Part shown: piece by piece, positions 39,241 to 51,085 of the stretch
Numbering within the stretch: the first letter of the stretch is position 1
Layout: each line of letters starts with the position of its first letter
Assembly: GCA_002269645.1 (NCBI GenBank)
Contig: NIVC01000889.1
Span: forward strand, 354,696 to 418,695
Direction of reading: 5' to 3'
DNA length: 64,000 bases
Origin: Macrostomum lignano
Lineage: Eukaryota
Made by a program: the position numbers and the translations under genes
The notes under the pieces: generated by a model
Told to the model about the DNA's origin: nothing
The model's database searches: none
What the model saw: only the letters and a program-made list of their open reading frames with translations

Positions 39241-39545
39241 TCAATTGAGAGTAACAATGTTGTATAAATTATACCATGGTATACATAGCCTCCTTTGTCT
39301 TCAAGTAACTTAAAACTAGAGGAAAAGGGAGGTGGAAGTAAATAAAATGAGAGCAAGACAATAAATTAGATAGTAAGGGAGCAAGACAGAAGTAGATAGG
39401 AGAGCAGAGGCGCCTTTCAACAATAGGGATGATGGCATACTCATAGCAGTCAGTTTGTCAAAGCTAAGATAAAAATATGACCAAACCAATGAATAATGTT
39501 TCACTGTGAAGAGGTGTTACATGAAAAAAGGGCCAATTAGATTCA

Positions 39546-42500
39546 ATGAATGCATCCACCAACATTGCAATGTCGCCAAAGCCGCCGCCGCCACCGTCGC
39601 CATTGGCGGCAGCAACAGCAGCAACAGCGGCTCCAAGCTGCAGCCTTGAACTGCCTGAGCTGCCAAGGCGCCGCAACAGCGACACTCCAGTGACCGTCTC
39701 GCTTCAGCTAGAGGTCAGCAACCATCCGCCAGAGTTGTTGGCATCCCTGAATGCCCTCCGTTGTGAGGCTGCCTTCACTGATGTCGCCCTAGAGGCGGAC
39801 ACGTGCACACTGCACGCGCACCGAGCCCTGCTAGCGGCCGCTTCGCCCTACTTCCGGGCGATGTTCTCCAGCCAGTTCAAAGAGGGCGCCGCTTCTACAG
39901 TCAGCGTCACCAGTGTATCCGGGGAGACCCTCAGGCTCATAGTGGAATACGTGTACACCAGCAAGATAGAGATCACCACTGACAATGTGCAGGATTTGAC
40001 TGTCGGCTGTAAACTATTGCATTTCCCTTTGATACTTCATCAATGCGTCAGCTTCCTGATGCATCATTTGGACTCGACTAACGCTGTAACCATGGAGCAG
40101 TTCGCGGCGGCTTACGATTTTGTTGAACTACGGGAAGAAGCTCGACAACGCGTGTTGGAAAATTTTGCCAGCCTAGCAGAGTCGGACGAACTGGCCGAGT
40201 TGACCTTGGAACAGCTGACCGGCTGTCTGCAGTCGGACGATCTGTTTGTCCGATCGGAGGACGAGGTCGCTCGAGCTGTGCTGCGCTGGGTCGGCCACCG
40301 GTCGGTTGAGAGATCGCAACATCTGAGCGGCCTGCTTCTGGGCTGTCGGCTGAGCTGTTTGAATCGAGAATTTATTCAGGTCTGTGTTTTCCCAATGAAT
40401 CGATTGGTAGATACTTCATTGACCTTCATTTGTAATCTTTACCTGGGACCTTAACCATCTTTGTCACCTTGGCTAGATTAGTGGAATCCTGTCTGTGTGA
40501 CCTTGACTAGATTAGGGGAATCCTGACTCTTTACCTTGACTAGATTAGGGGAATCCTGTCTGTGACCTTGACTAGATTAGGGGAATCCTGTCTGTGACCT
40601 TGACTAGATTAGGGGAATCCTGTCTGTGACCTTGACTAGATCAGGGGAATCCTGTCTGTGTGACCTGGACTAGATTAGGGGAATCCTGTCTGTGTGACCT
40701 TGACTAGATTAGGGGAATCCTGTCTGTGACCTTGACTAGATCAGGGGAATCCTGTCTGTGTGACCTGGACTAGATTAGGGGAATCCTGTCTGTGTGACCT
40801 TGACTAGATTAGGGGAATCCTGTCTGTGTGACCTTGACTAGATCATGGAAATCCTGTCTGTGACCTTGACTAGATCAGGGAAATCCTGTCTGTGTGACCT
40901 TGACTAGATTAGGGGAATCCTGTCTGTGTGACCTTTACTAGATCAGGGGAATCCTGTCTGTGACCTTGACTAGATCAGGGGAATCCTGTCTGTGACCTTG
41001 ACTAGATCAGGGGAATCCTGTCTGTGACCTTGACTAAATCAGGGGAATCCTGCACTTCACGACTTTCAACTCGCCACCCCACCGGCTGTCTCCATGCAGT
41101 CCGAGCTGCTCTTATCGCCGCTGCTGCGAGACTTCAGCTCCGAGCTGCTGACTCAGCTGACTGGCCATCTCAGCCTGGAAGAGTCCCCGGATGCGACGCC
41201 GCGACCTTCAACTCTGCGCCGCGAACAGCTGGTTGTGCTGTCGCACGACTATTTGGAGGCCTACAACCCGGCCAAGGACAAGTGGTGCCGCATCGCCTTC
41301 CCGACTGGCGGCTTCCGCCCGACGGCGCGCGATTCCGCCGTCTGCGTACTCGAGAATGAAATCTGGCTGACTGGCGGCGTGGACTCCCAGGGCCGCGCCT
41401 TGCCAGATGTTGTCCGCTACAGTCCGCTGACCAACGCCTGGTCCGAGGGGCCGCCCCTGCTGTCCGCCCGTAGCCGGCACACCTGCGTTTGCGTGCGGGG
41501 CAGCCTGCTGGTGATGGGCGGCGTCGGGCTGGACGGCCGGATGTGCACCGGGGCGGAGGTGCTGCGGCTCCGGGCTGGGGGTGAGTGGCCTCTGGGGGGG
41601 GGCAGGCAGGCAGACAGGCAGAGACAAACATTAAGATAGACAGACAGGCATCCACTATGACAGACACTAGGACAGGCATTAAGGCAGGCAGACACTAAAA
41701 GAAGCACTGCTTAAGGCAGACACTAAAGAGATATACGGATAGATTAATCCATCAAATGGACAGACGATTAAGCAGGCAGACATCTGTGTGTGACATCACT
41801 AAGACGGACAGACAGACAGACAGACAAACATCACTAAGACAGACAGACAAACAGACAGACATCCATCACTAGGACAGACAGACAGACATCACTAAGACAG
41901 GCAGGCAGACAGACAGACATCACTAGGACAGACAGACAGACATCACTAAGACAGACACACAGACAGACAGACAAACAGACATCACTAAGACAGACAGCCG
42001 CTAAGACATCCAGACAGACACGGAAAGCTGGGGAGCCAATCCCGATATTCTACTGAGTTGTGCCCCCAGAAAATCTTTAGTTCCGGCAGACATCTGCTGC
42101 CAGTTGCCATGATATTTATCCGAAACTTTTCAATCCGCTTAGCGTTTGGCCTTGAAGCAGTTTTTGTATTGAATTGTAAATTTATTTATAAGTATTGAAA
42201 AACCTTTGCAATTTTTTCAGTCTTCACTACATTCTTAATCGTTTGATTGGAGCTCTCGCAGCTTGGCTGAGGTCGCGAACTTCTCAAAAATATCTCTATT
42301 CTTGTCTGAATCTCTATCTCCTCCTCAGTGTCTACCTCTCGCTCCCACTCTCTACCTCTCTCCCACTCTCTACCTCTCTCTCCCACTCTCTACCTCTCTC
42401 TCCCACTCTCTACCTCTCTCTCCCACTCTCTACCTCTCTCTCCCACTCTCTAACTCTCTCCCACTCTCTACCTCTCTCTCCCACTCTCTACCTCTCTCTC

Positions 42501-43623
42501 CCACTCTCTACCTCTCTCCCACTCTCTACCTCTCTCTCCCACTCTCTACCTCTCTCTCCCACTCTCTACCTCTCTCTCCCACTCTCTAACTCTCTCCCAC
42601 TCTCTACCTCTCTCCCACTCTCTACCTCTCTCTCCCACTCTCTACCTCTCTCCCACTCTCTACCTCTCTCTCCCACTCTCTACCTCTCTCTCCCACTCTC
42701 TACCTCTCTCCCACTCTCTACCTCTCTCTCCCTCTCTCTACCTCTCTCCCACTCTCTACCTCTCTCTACCTCTCTCTCCCACTCTCTACCTCTCTCTCCC
42801 ACTCTCTACCTCTCTCTCCCACTCTCTACCTCTCTCCCACTCTCTACCTCTCTCCCACTCTCTCCCTCTCTCTCCCACTCTCTAACTCTCTCCCACTCTC
42901 TACCTCTCTCTCCCACTCTCTACCTCTCCAACTCAGTCTCTGCCTCTCTCTCCCACTCTCTACCTCTCTCTCCCACTCTCTATCTCTCCAACTCAGTCTC
43001 TACCTCTCCCTCCCCCACTCTCTACCTCTAACTTTCAGTCTCAACCTCCAACTCCCAGTCTAACCTCTCTCTTTCTCCCCCTCAGCCTCTACTTCTCACC
43101 CCCATTCACCGCAGGCCAGGCGGTGTGGGAGCCGGCCGGCCAGCTTCCAGAGCACGCCTGCCGCAAAGAAGCCTCGGCCACTGCGCTCTCCTCCTCCTGC
43201 CTAATAGAAGTCGGCGGCGTGAAAGTAATGAACGGCAACACGCTGATCATGAACACTCTAGACCAGCACCTGGTCAATGACAAAGGAGTTGAGTACACTG
43301 GCGAGTACTATGTACTGCCGGAGAAACTTCGGTGCGCCCTGCTAGCGGTGATTGACAATCTGGTATTGATTCTGTCCAGTCAGACTGGCAAGTTCTGGTG
43401 TCTGGAGCCGATGCGCAAGTCTGTCAGATCGCTGCCAGCACTGAGGCCGGAGCCAACTCAGCCACTGCTGTGCGCCACTGTCTGCGACCGACGGCTATAT
43501 TGCGTTGATCGGGGGCATCCGCACTCCATTGCCGTGTTCGACCCCGAGTCCAGCTGCTGGTCAACTGTGCGGCCGCCTAAATTGTCTACGGAGATTTTGC
43601 ATTGCGTCACTCTGCAGCTGTGA
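39546..43623 (+). CDS. Kelch-like BTB-BACK-Kelch protein (Cullin-3 adaptor type), about 607 aa, 3 exons
   Basis: Exons 39546-40379 (BTB FTDVALEADTCTLHAHRALLAAASPYFRAMF plus BACK; CAG|gtctgt), 41100-41580 (catgcag|TCC; kelch IWLTGG, LLVMGG; G|gtgagt), 43115-43623 (ccgcag|GC; stop TGA). Total 1824 nt in frame. Confidence 0.92.
40470..41050. repeat. 32/34-bp intronic minisatellite
   Basis: GT(GT)GACCTTGACTAGAT(T/C)AGGGGAATCCTGTCT, about 17 copies. Confidence 0.95.
41610..42020. repeat. Degenerate GACA-rich repeat with CATCACTAAG spacers
   Basis: GACA runs interrupted by CATCACTA(A/G)GAC. Confidence 0.8.
42310..43030. repeat. Pyrimidine-rich tandem repeat (CTCTCTACCTCTCTCCCACT)
   Basis: 20/22-bp units with no G on the + strand, in Kelch intron 2. 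Confidence 0.95.
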
Positions 43624-43684
43624 GGATAAAACTCCTTCTCTGTGTTTCTTTGGGCTGTTTCTTGTATCGTAGATTAGCGTGCGC

Positions 43685-44045
43685 GCATTCACTCAAGATT
43701 CACACGAATCATACATTCACTCAAATCAGCGATTCACACGAATCACATTCACTTAAGTTAGTGATTCACGCGAATCACTCATTCACTCAATTTAGTGATT
43801 CACTCAAATCACTCATTCACTCAAGTTAGTGATTCACACGAATCACATTCACTTAAGTTAGTGATTCACGCGAATGACCCATTCATTCAAGTTAGTGATT
43901 CACAGTAATCACTCATTCACTCAAGTTAGTGATTGGCACGGATCATCCATTCACTCAAATCAGCGATTCACACGAATCACCCATTCACTCAAAGTTAATG
44001 ATTCACATGAATCACCCATTCACTCAAGTGAGTCACAGGGATCAT
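43685..44045. repeat. ~34-bp minisatellite 3' of the Kelch gene
   Basis: ATTCACTCAAGTTAGTGATTCACACGAATCACTC-type units. Confidence 0.85.
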
Positions 44046-44989
44046 TCTCTTAACGACTCAACCCCCTCCTGTTTTTCCCGATCGAAATTCAAACTTCTCA
44101 TTAAAGACTTGGCCACTTAAGAGTTCATGTCACGATACAAGTAATACAATGGTTTTTTATGTAACTGCAGTTTAACAAATCCGTTTTTCCTGACTTTTTC
44201 GATTCGGTTTCAATAATGCACAATAATAGTTTGGTGAATGTAGACTGTGTTTAGTCATCTACTAGTTTGTGTTTTTATTTCTAGTATTTATGAGGCACAT
44301 ATGTGTCTTGTGATTTGATCAAGTGTTGTAAATCGTATTAATATTATTATTATTATTATTATGTAATATGTATAAGAGCAATTTGTTTCAGTTAGGATAA
44401 TTTCCCAACTTGTATTCTCTCAACAGGAAGCATTCTTTCTTAGAAAGTAGTGCCACTTGTCCCCTTTCTCAGAAAGGTTTTCGCCACTTTGAGTGCGTGT
44501 CTGTGTTTGCTATCTGCTTTTAGTCATTCCGGAAACTGGGACAAGGGGAGTTTCAGAATTTTTTTCAATTGCTTTTCAACATATTAATTAAGGACTGTTT
44601 TGTAGTATTTTTTCTGATCTGTACTATTGATAGCTAATTTTGCTTTGTTTATTATGTATAAATTTATGTTTTTGAATATTTGACAGCATTAATTTTCTGC
44701 ATGTATTCCGTATTGCTTGTGTTGTGATTTAGATTTAGAAATATCAGAAGTTCCTGATTTTGTAAGTAAATTTATAATATTTTAAAAGCACTTACAATTA
44801 GCATCGAGTACGTTCTGTAAACTAAATAAACCTCCTATACTTTTTGTTCAACGTTTTGCCCGCTTCTTGCTTTCAGTGCATAATATCGTGCATAACTGAA
44901 CTCGTTAAATTGCTGTGTTGGGTCTTCGCCTACTCATTTTGCGGTGGTTTACTTGTTATGATTTCAATTCAGCGTGCTATTCAGCGTAC

Positions 44990-45002
44990 GACACAGGCAG
45001 GC

Positions 45003-45057
<55 letters not shown>

Positions 45058-45152
45058 AAGACTGTAGACAGACAGAAAGACATAAAGACAGACAGACAGA
45101 CAGACAGAAAGACTGTAGACAGACAGAAAGACAGACAGACAGGCAGGCAGGC

Positions 45153-45199
<47 letters not shown>

Positions 45200-45900
45200 A
45201 AGACTGTAGACAGACAGAAAGACTGTAGACAGACAGAAAGACAGAAAGACTGTAGACAGACAGAAAGACTGTAGACAGACAGAAAGACTGTAGACAGACA
45301 GAAAGACTGTTGACAGACAGAAAGACAGACAGACAGACAGAAAGACTGTAGACAGACAGAAAGACAGAAAGACTGTAGACAGACAGAAAGACTGTAGACA
45401 GACAGACAGACAGACAGACAGGCAGGCAGGCAGACAGACAGACAGACAGACAGAAAGACTGTAGACAGACAGAAAGACTGTAGACAGACAGAAAGACAGA
45501 AAGACTGTAGACAGACAGACAGACAGAAAGACAGACAGACAGACAGACAAACAGAAAGACTGTAGACAGACAGAAAGACTGTAGACAGACAGAAAGACTG
45601 TAGACAGACAGAAAGACAGAAAGACTGTAGACAGACAGACAGACAGAAAGACAGACAGACAGACAGAAAGACAGACAGACAGACAGACAGAAAGACTGTA
45701 GACAGACAGCGCAAGTGCATCTGCAGATTGCAGTTTTTACCGATAATTTCTGCAGTGTAATTTCGCTACTATAGTCTTTCTGTCAGTCAGTCAGACAGAC
45801 AGACAGACAGACAGACAGACAGGCAGGCAGACAGACAGAAAGACTGTAGACAGACGGACAGACAGACAGACAGACAAACAGAAAGACTGTAGACAGACAG
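44990..45900. repeat. Compound (GACA)n / GAAAGACTGTA repeat
   Basis: GACA runs with recurring GAAAGACTGTA inserts. Confidence 0.93.
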
Positions 45901-47503
45901 CGCAAGTGCATCTGCAGATTGCAGTTTTTACCGATAATTTCTGCAGTGTAATTTCGCTACACCGCCTCGCCTTGCCCCAACCCCTCCCCCCTCAGTGCCG
46001 CTCTGATTCCACTTTGTTATCATACCCTCTTTGACTACAGTGCGCTTGAACGAACTGTTTCAGTCGCGGTATTTCATACTCTTAGTTATCTTCTAGTATG
46101 CAATTCACGTATACGTAGAGGTGCACACACAGCAGGTTATATGCGCAGTATTAAAGCTGGTGCACTGCTAGCACAAACAGTCTGAGAATGGAAAACTTGA
46201 TTGAGTTGACAGTTGACTTGCACTTCTCTCACTCTCCCCTGTCTATTCTCTCTCTAACTAGTCTCTCTAGTAATGAGTTAGCTTTGAATATGGGCTTACC
46301 TCTATTGTATATAATAAAAGTGTATCTGCATTTTACGGCGGTGGGTGATTCTGTGGCCGCGTTATAAATAGAACTCATTGTGCGTCATCGGCTCAATTGT
46401 TCCAGATTTATGCGTTAGTGTATGCACAAGACTCATTTTATTGTACTTTTCTATCGTGAAGGTGAGTTGGACCAGACATGACCATGATCGCTTTCATAAT
46501 ATGAAATGAAAGACTTTCTAACAGTAGAACTACCAAGGGGGGGGGGTTCCCGACGGCGTCGTGGTGATTACGGAATTATGCTTAAGAGACTAGCTGAGGA
46601 TGTAGTGAAATTCGCAACACAGGGTGTCCATAGTCGCCTGCAGTGCTATCCATTGAAGGTCCAGAAGCTTGTTCGCTCGCTCGCACTAGGGCAAACCCGC
46701 TAATCCACTAAGACAGAGTGTACATGCCTGGTATGCCTTGATTTTTCTCTTCGTTTTGTTGTATTTTTTATATCTGTTTTTCACAGTCCTACGCTCGTAG
46801 CTATAGCCAGATTGATAAAAACAATATTAATGCCTGGGACAAGACTCTACTATGTACTACAGATTCGGGGCAGCAGGGCCTAATTGGCACGGGAACACGA
46901 AACACTCGCTCTGCCCTGCCGCCCCTCTTTCACCTACAGCTCGAGTTCGAGAGTTGAGACGCCAATCATAATCAATATTTTTCTCTCCTCTCCGCCTCTT
47001 TATCAGCGAGACTACACCCCCTCTCAAGTCACGATCCCAGCTGCTCCTGCGAGTCTAATTAGCGAGCTCAATCAGCTGCAGCTGCTCATCTTCTGATCAT
47101 CAAAAACACGTCAGACTACTCCACTGTGCTCAATCAGACGTTTTTTACATGCCTTCTCCACTGCTTTTTCTTTGGAGGTGGGGAGGGGGGTTTAAGTAAG
47201 CCTTTGCCTTTTTGTTTTAATTAACCAAATTAACAGTACTTTAACTCGAGTACATATTGCTTCTCAGGGCCTTTCCCCAAGGTGCCGGAAATGAATATCA
47301 ACTCAAAGCACCGACTGCAATGGACAATCGTTTCGTTCCTCCAAAATACCATCGAATTGACTGCCGCGAGAAATAACAAATTAAGTCTATTTCGAATGAT
47401 TTAAAATAGGGATTGTAAAACTAAAAAACACCTCACTTCCAAGATGAACTACTAGAGAACATGCTACTCGTACTTTAAGTAGCCAGTAGTGCATATTGTT
47501 AAC

Positions 47504-50128
47504 TCAGGGACGGAAAAACCGTCTCAGATCGGCCAACTGCTTTGAAAACCCGACACCGCCGCCGCAGCCGCCGCCTCTGCCGTCGATGCCGCATTCCAGA
47601 GCTGCGCCTGACAGTGACGCCGCCAAGCAGACGAGAAACGCTTGAACATCGCCAAAGTTCTCGCTCTTGTCGCCGCCGTCGAACCAGTCGCTGTTGCTGT
47701 TGTTCTCGCCGACGTTGTCACTAGCTGCTTCGTCTTCGACTTGTCCAGCAGCGCTCGCAGCCACCGAGGCTGACAGCACGGAGAAAAAGCCGGGACACAG
47801 AGCCCGCCTGACCAACTGCTGACGTTGGTTCGCCGCAGGCACCGTCGTGTTAGAGTCCGCAGCCGAGCAGATCAGCAGACAGGCGGTCACCAGCGGGCAG
47901 ACGGCAGATAGCGGGCTGGAGTCGGAGAACTCACTTATCGCCTGCAGACAGCGGTGCAGGCAGTAGCGCAGCGGCTGTCGCGACTCCGGCAGCTGGCGAA
48001 CGCTCAGTCTCGACTGCCAGGCCTCCAACCATTCGATCCCACCAACGTCCGGGTCCGCTGTCGAGTTGCTGTCCAGTTCAAAGTCATCGCGCTGCCGACA
48101 CCAGCGGGCAAACTGACGGCCGTTGTTCGTTCGCAGGTCATACTTGGCACCGAGCTGCCAGGCCTCTGCATCTTCAAGCTCGTCGACAGCAGCGGCGCCG
48201 CCTCCGCCGTCGAGCCGACGCTCCGCTCTGGCGAGGCTCTCCTCGAGCGAGCGCGGGCGTCCGCTCGTGTACTCAATTCGAAACACCTCGTCCCTGGTCA
48301 GGTCGAACACTCGGCAGATCCGGCGGACCCAACCCATGGCGGCCGAGAAGTAGATTAGGCCGACCTCCGCCTTCCGCCTGTCCCCACCAGTCGACTGGCA
48401 GCTGGCTACGACGGCGTGTCGAAAGGTCAGCCTGTGACAGTCATCATCGTCATCGTAGTCGTTCTCGTCAAAGTCGTCCACGCCGATGTCACTGACGTGT
48501 CGCCGGTAGCTGACCGAGCAACCGGGCTGCAGCTCATCGGCAGTGACGACGCGTCTCACCGTGTAGCCGTCGGCGTGCTTGGCGCAGGCAGCAGCCAGCG
48601 GGCAGTCGAAGTCGGCATGCTGCAGCGATACTCGGATCCGCTGGTGAAAACTGGTCCGTCGAGTGTCGACAAAGCAGCGGAACTCGCACACAGGGTCGCG
48701 GTCGACGTTCTGCGGTGCGTGCCCGTAGATCAGCAGTGCTGCTGTAATCAGAGCACCGCTGCAACCGTCCGAAGGCTCAACACGCTGCAGCTCCGTCAGC
48801 AGGCCAGGCGGCTGGCCGTCAATCGACACAACATCGCCGACGCGCAGGTCGCTCAGCGGCACGGAATCGACGCCGTAGCTGCTGTTGGTCCCAACGCTCC
48901 CGGCGCCGCCGACGCTGTCAGCCAGCACCAAAGCCTCCAGCGGGTCACGAGCTGCGGCTAGCGTGGCTGCAAAGCTCAATGGCGACACTGTGCCGGCCTG
49001 AAATACGGCGCCAAGAAATGCGGCGGCGCGACGTTCCACACGTTCAAGAGGCAGCGCCGGCGTCGGGCTGGACGTCAGACGGTGGCGAAGTGCCGGATAG
49101 GCTGCCGGATAGGCGGTCACGGTGCGGCGATGGGCGAACTCCAGCTTGGCAGCGTTCACCTCGACGGATAGCACCATCAGCCGGAGCGCTAAGAGGTTGT
49201 GCCGACGACCTACTGCGCGGACTTCGGCGTGCACCGAGCGTGCAGACGATTCGCTGCCATCAGCCGCCGTGGCGCTAGTCGGCCAGTTGATGTGGTCACC
49301 GGCGCGCAGCTCGGAGTGTTCTTCGAAGACGGTCAGCGAGGCGAATCGCTGCACAGCGGAACCGGCCGAGTGCAACTTGCACCAGCGAGCGAACTGACCG
49401 GCATTGTTGCCAAGCATCGAGTGTCCGGCGTGTCCGAGGCAGCTGCGCGCCCGGTCAACGGTCTCCCCGGCCGGTCGGCAGGCGGAAGCCGGGTAGCGTC
49501 GAATAGCGACTCCTCCGCCGTCCAACCGGAAGTCGTCGCGCAACACGCGGATGCCACCGAAAAGGCTCGGGCGGCCGAAGTGAATGGCGCGTAGAAGACG
49601 CGGCTGCCCAGTGGCCGGGTTGCGCTCCACCGACTCGGCCACGACCAGGTGCGGCAGGCGGTAGTAGCGCAGCTCGACAATGTCACCTGGTTCCGGTGGC
49701 GTATCTGGCGTTACGGCGATCTTCACGGAGGCCGGCGCCATGTCGTTGCCATTGGCAACGCAACAGTCGGTTCCAAATTGTCGGCGCCAGATTCTACTGG
49801 CCAGACGCGGCTCCTCCAGCAGCGGTGCCAGATCGCGCGCCAGACAGCAGCGCAATTCGCGGAGGGCTACGCGAACTGCTCGTTCTGGCAAGTCGATGAA
49901 TTGCTGTTGAACGCTGTCCTGTTGGCTTTTCGACTGACTTGATCGAAGCGCCGGAAATGTCGTTTGCTGAACCGGTGTCGTTGGCAGCAACAGCGGGGAC
50001 GTTGGCAGCCAGAGATTGCGCAGCGCCTGACGGCATTCGAACAGCTCTACTGGGAGGTCGAGGCTGGTGCTGGAGGCTGTGTCGAAGGAGTGTGAGGCGC
50101 TAGGGTAGGTGGCCCTTCTCGACTGCAT
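47504..50128 (-). CDS. 874-aa protein with tandem LRAT-like (permuted NlpC/P60, PLAAT/HRASLS-type) domains, catalytically degenerate
   Basis: Uninterrupted GC-rich 2.6-kb ORF. Repeat 1: PGDIVEL..PHLVV..AIHF..ETVDRARSCLG..SMLGNNAGQFARWCK. Repeat 4: LQPGCSVSY..FRHAVV..LIYF..EESLARAERRL..KYDLRTNNGRQFARWCR. Weaker repeats start at LRAGDHINW and LRVGDVVSI. Pattern matches LRAT GD..H..H..RA..Y.L..NNCEHF. Confidence 0.8.
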   Translation of the reverse strand: MQSRRATYPSASHSFDTASSTSLDLPVELFECRQALRNLWLPTSPLLLPTTPVQQTTFPALRSSQSKSQQDSVQQQFIDLPERAVRVALRELRCCLARDLAPLLEEPRLASRIWRRQFGTDCCVANGNDMAPASVKIAVTPDTPPEPGDIVELRYYRLPHLVVAESVERNPATGQPRLLRAIHFGRPSLFGGIRVLRDDFRLDGGGVAIRRYPASACRPAGETVDRARSCLGHAGHSMLGNNAGQFARWCKLHSAGSAVQRFASLTVFEEHSELRAGDHINWPTSATAADGSESSARSVHAEVRAVGRRHNLLALRLMVLSVEVNAAKLEFAHRRTVTAYPAAYPALRHRLTSSPTPALPLERVERRAAAFLGAVFQAGTVSPLSFAATLAAARDPLEALVLADSVGGAGSVGTNSSYGVDSVPLSDLRVGDVVSIDGQPPGLLTELQRVEPSDGCSGALITAALLIYGHAPQNVDRDPVCEFRCFVDTRRTSFHQRIRVSLQHADFDCPLAAACAKHADGYTVRRVVTADELQPGCSVSYRRHVSDIGVDDFDENDYDDDDDCHRLTFRHAVVASCQSTGGDRRKAEVGLIYFSAAMGWVRRICRVFDLTRDEVFRIEYTSGRPRSLEESLARAERRLDGGGGAAAVDELEDAEAWQLGAKYDLRTNNGRQFARWCRQRDDFELDSNSTADPDVGGIEWLEAWQSRLSVRQLPESRQPLRYCLHRCLQAISEFSDSSPLSAVCPLVTACLLICSAADSNTTVPAANQRQQLVRRALCPGFFSVLSASVAASAAGQVEDEAASDNVGENNSNSDWFDGGDKSENFGDVQAFLVCLAASLSGAALECGIDGRGGGCGGGVGFSKQLADLRRFFRP

Positions 50129-50799
50129 GGCGGACGGATGAGCTGACTAAAAGAGGAAAGTACGAGCGGGGAAAAAGTGCTTTGACTGTACGAGTTTGAC
50201 CATATTTCAAGTATAAATTGTGCAAGGCAATTGTTTAAAGAAATGGCCATGAATGCGACGGTTGCTTTCAAGCTACTTTTAGTAATATAGCAATGTAGGT
50301 AAAGCAGTTTTTGTAAACTTTTTGCCGCGTTATGTACACTTTTTAGGCCTAGTTTTACGTTTGAATTTGTTAGGGATTTCAAATACCTTTTAAAGATCTT
50401 TCATAACAATTATCGCTTAAATAATATTATAAAGTTGCATACCTTTATCTCCGAATTAACAGTTTAAGAGAAATCATTAGAAGTATTGAAACTGGTTCCA
50501 GTTACTGAATTTCAAATAGTATAATAACTTTAAAATGTGATGGTACTCACTCACCCGAACATCGGCTTGTATACTAATTCAGCACTTTATAAAGAGGACA
50601 CGGCAATCAATAATGTACATTAAGATCAATGCACAAACTTTTATGTACAACGTCTGCGCGCTTATCTTATCTTTTCCTGCCCCTCCAGCCCCTTCGTCGC
50701 CCTAGCCGAAACCTCATTTAGTTGATTTCACAGCCCTCTCAACCACCCACCCCACTCCCAAGTCGCTCATTCCCCCGCGATGCCATCTGATTGGCTGGC

Positions 50800-51085
50800 T
50801 GAAGACGTAGTAAAAATTTAGAGCCAAGAAGAGCGACAGGCAGGTCAAGACTACTGAGGAAAAAAATCAATTGAACACCTCCACCATACGAGCGCAGTGA
50901 CCCTTCGGTAAAGATATTCCAGAGGTCAGAATTTAGTAAAAGCAAAGTGTACACAGAAATTTTCAATCTTGGTTGCCACTGCCAGAAAAACAGAAGATCG
51001 ATAAAGGACGTTGCTTCGTTTTTGTTTGATGGCTTTAGATCGATATAAGCTGGACCGATGCTCTTAGTGTCTGGTGTCATTCAAG
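50800..51085 (-). mobile_element. Probable Penelope-like retroelement RT/thumb relic
   Basis: SIGPAYIDLKPSNKNEATSFIDLLFFWQWQPRLKISVY...RSYGGGVQLI resembles the PLE pattern (IYP..L.LK.T...S.LDL.....L.T.LY...AYG..SQLI). Recognised by eye. Confidence 0.4.

Noticed and set aside
46015-46460. LTR-like AT-rich stretch with AATAAA
   Set aside because: No TG...CA termini with a matching TSD found.
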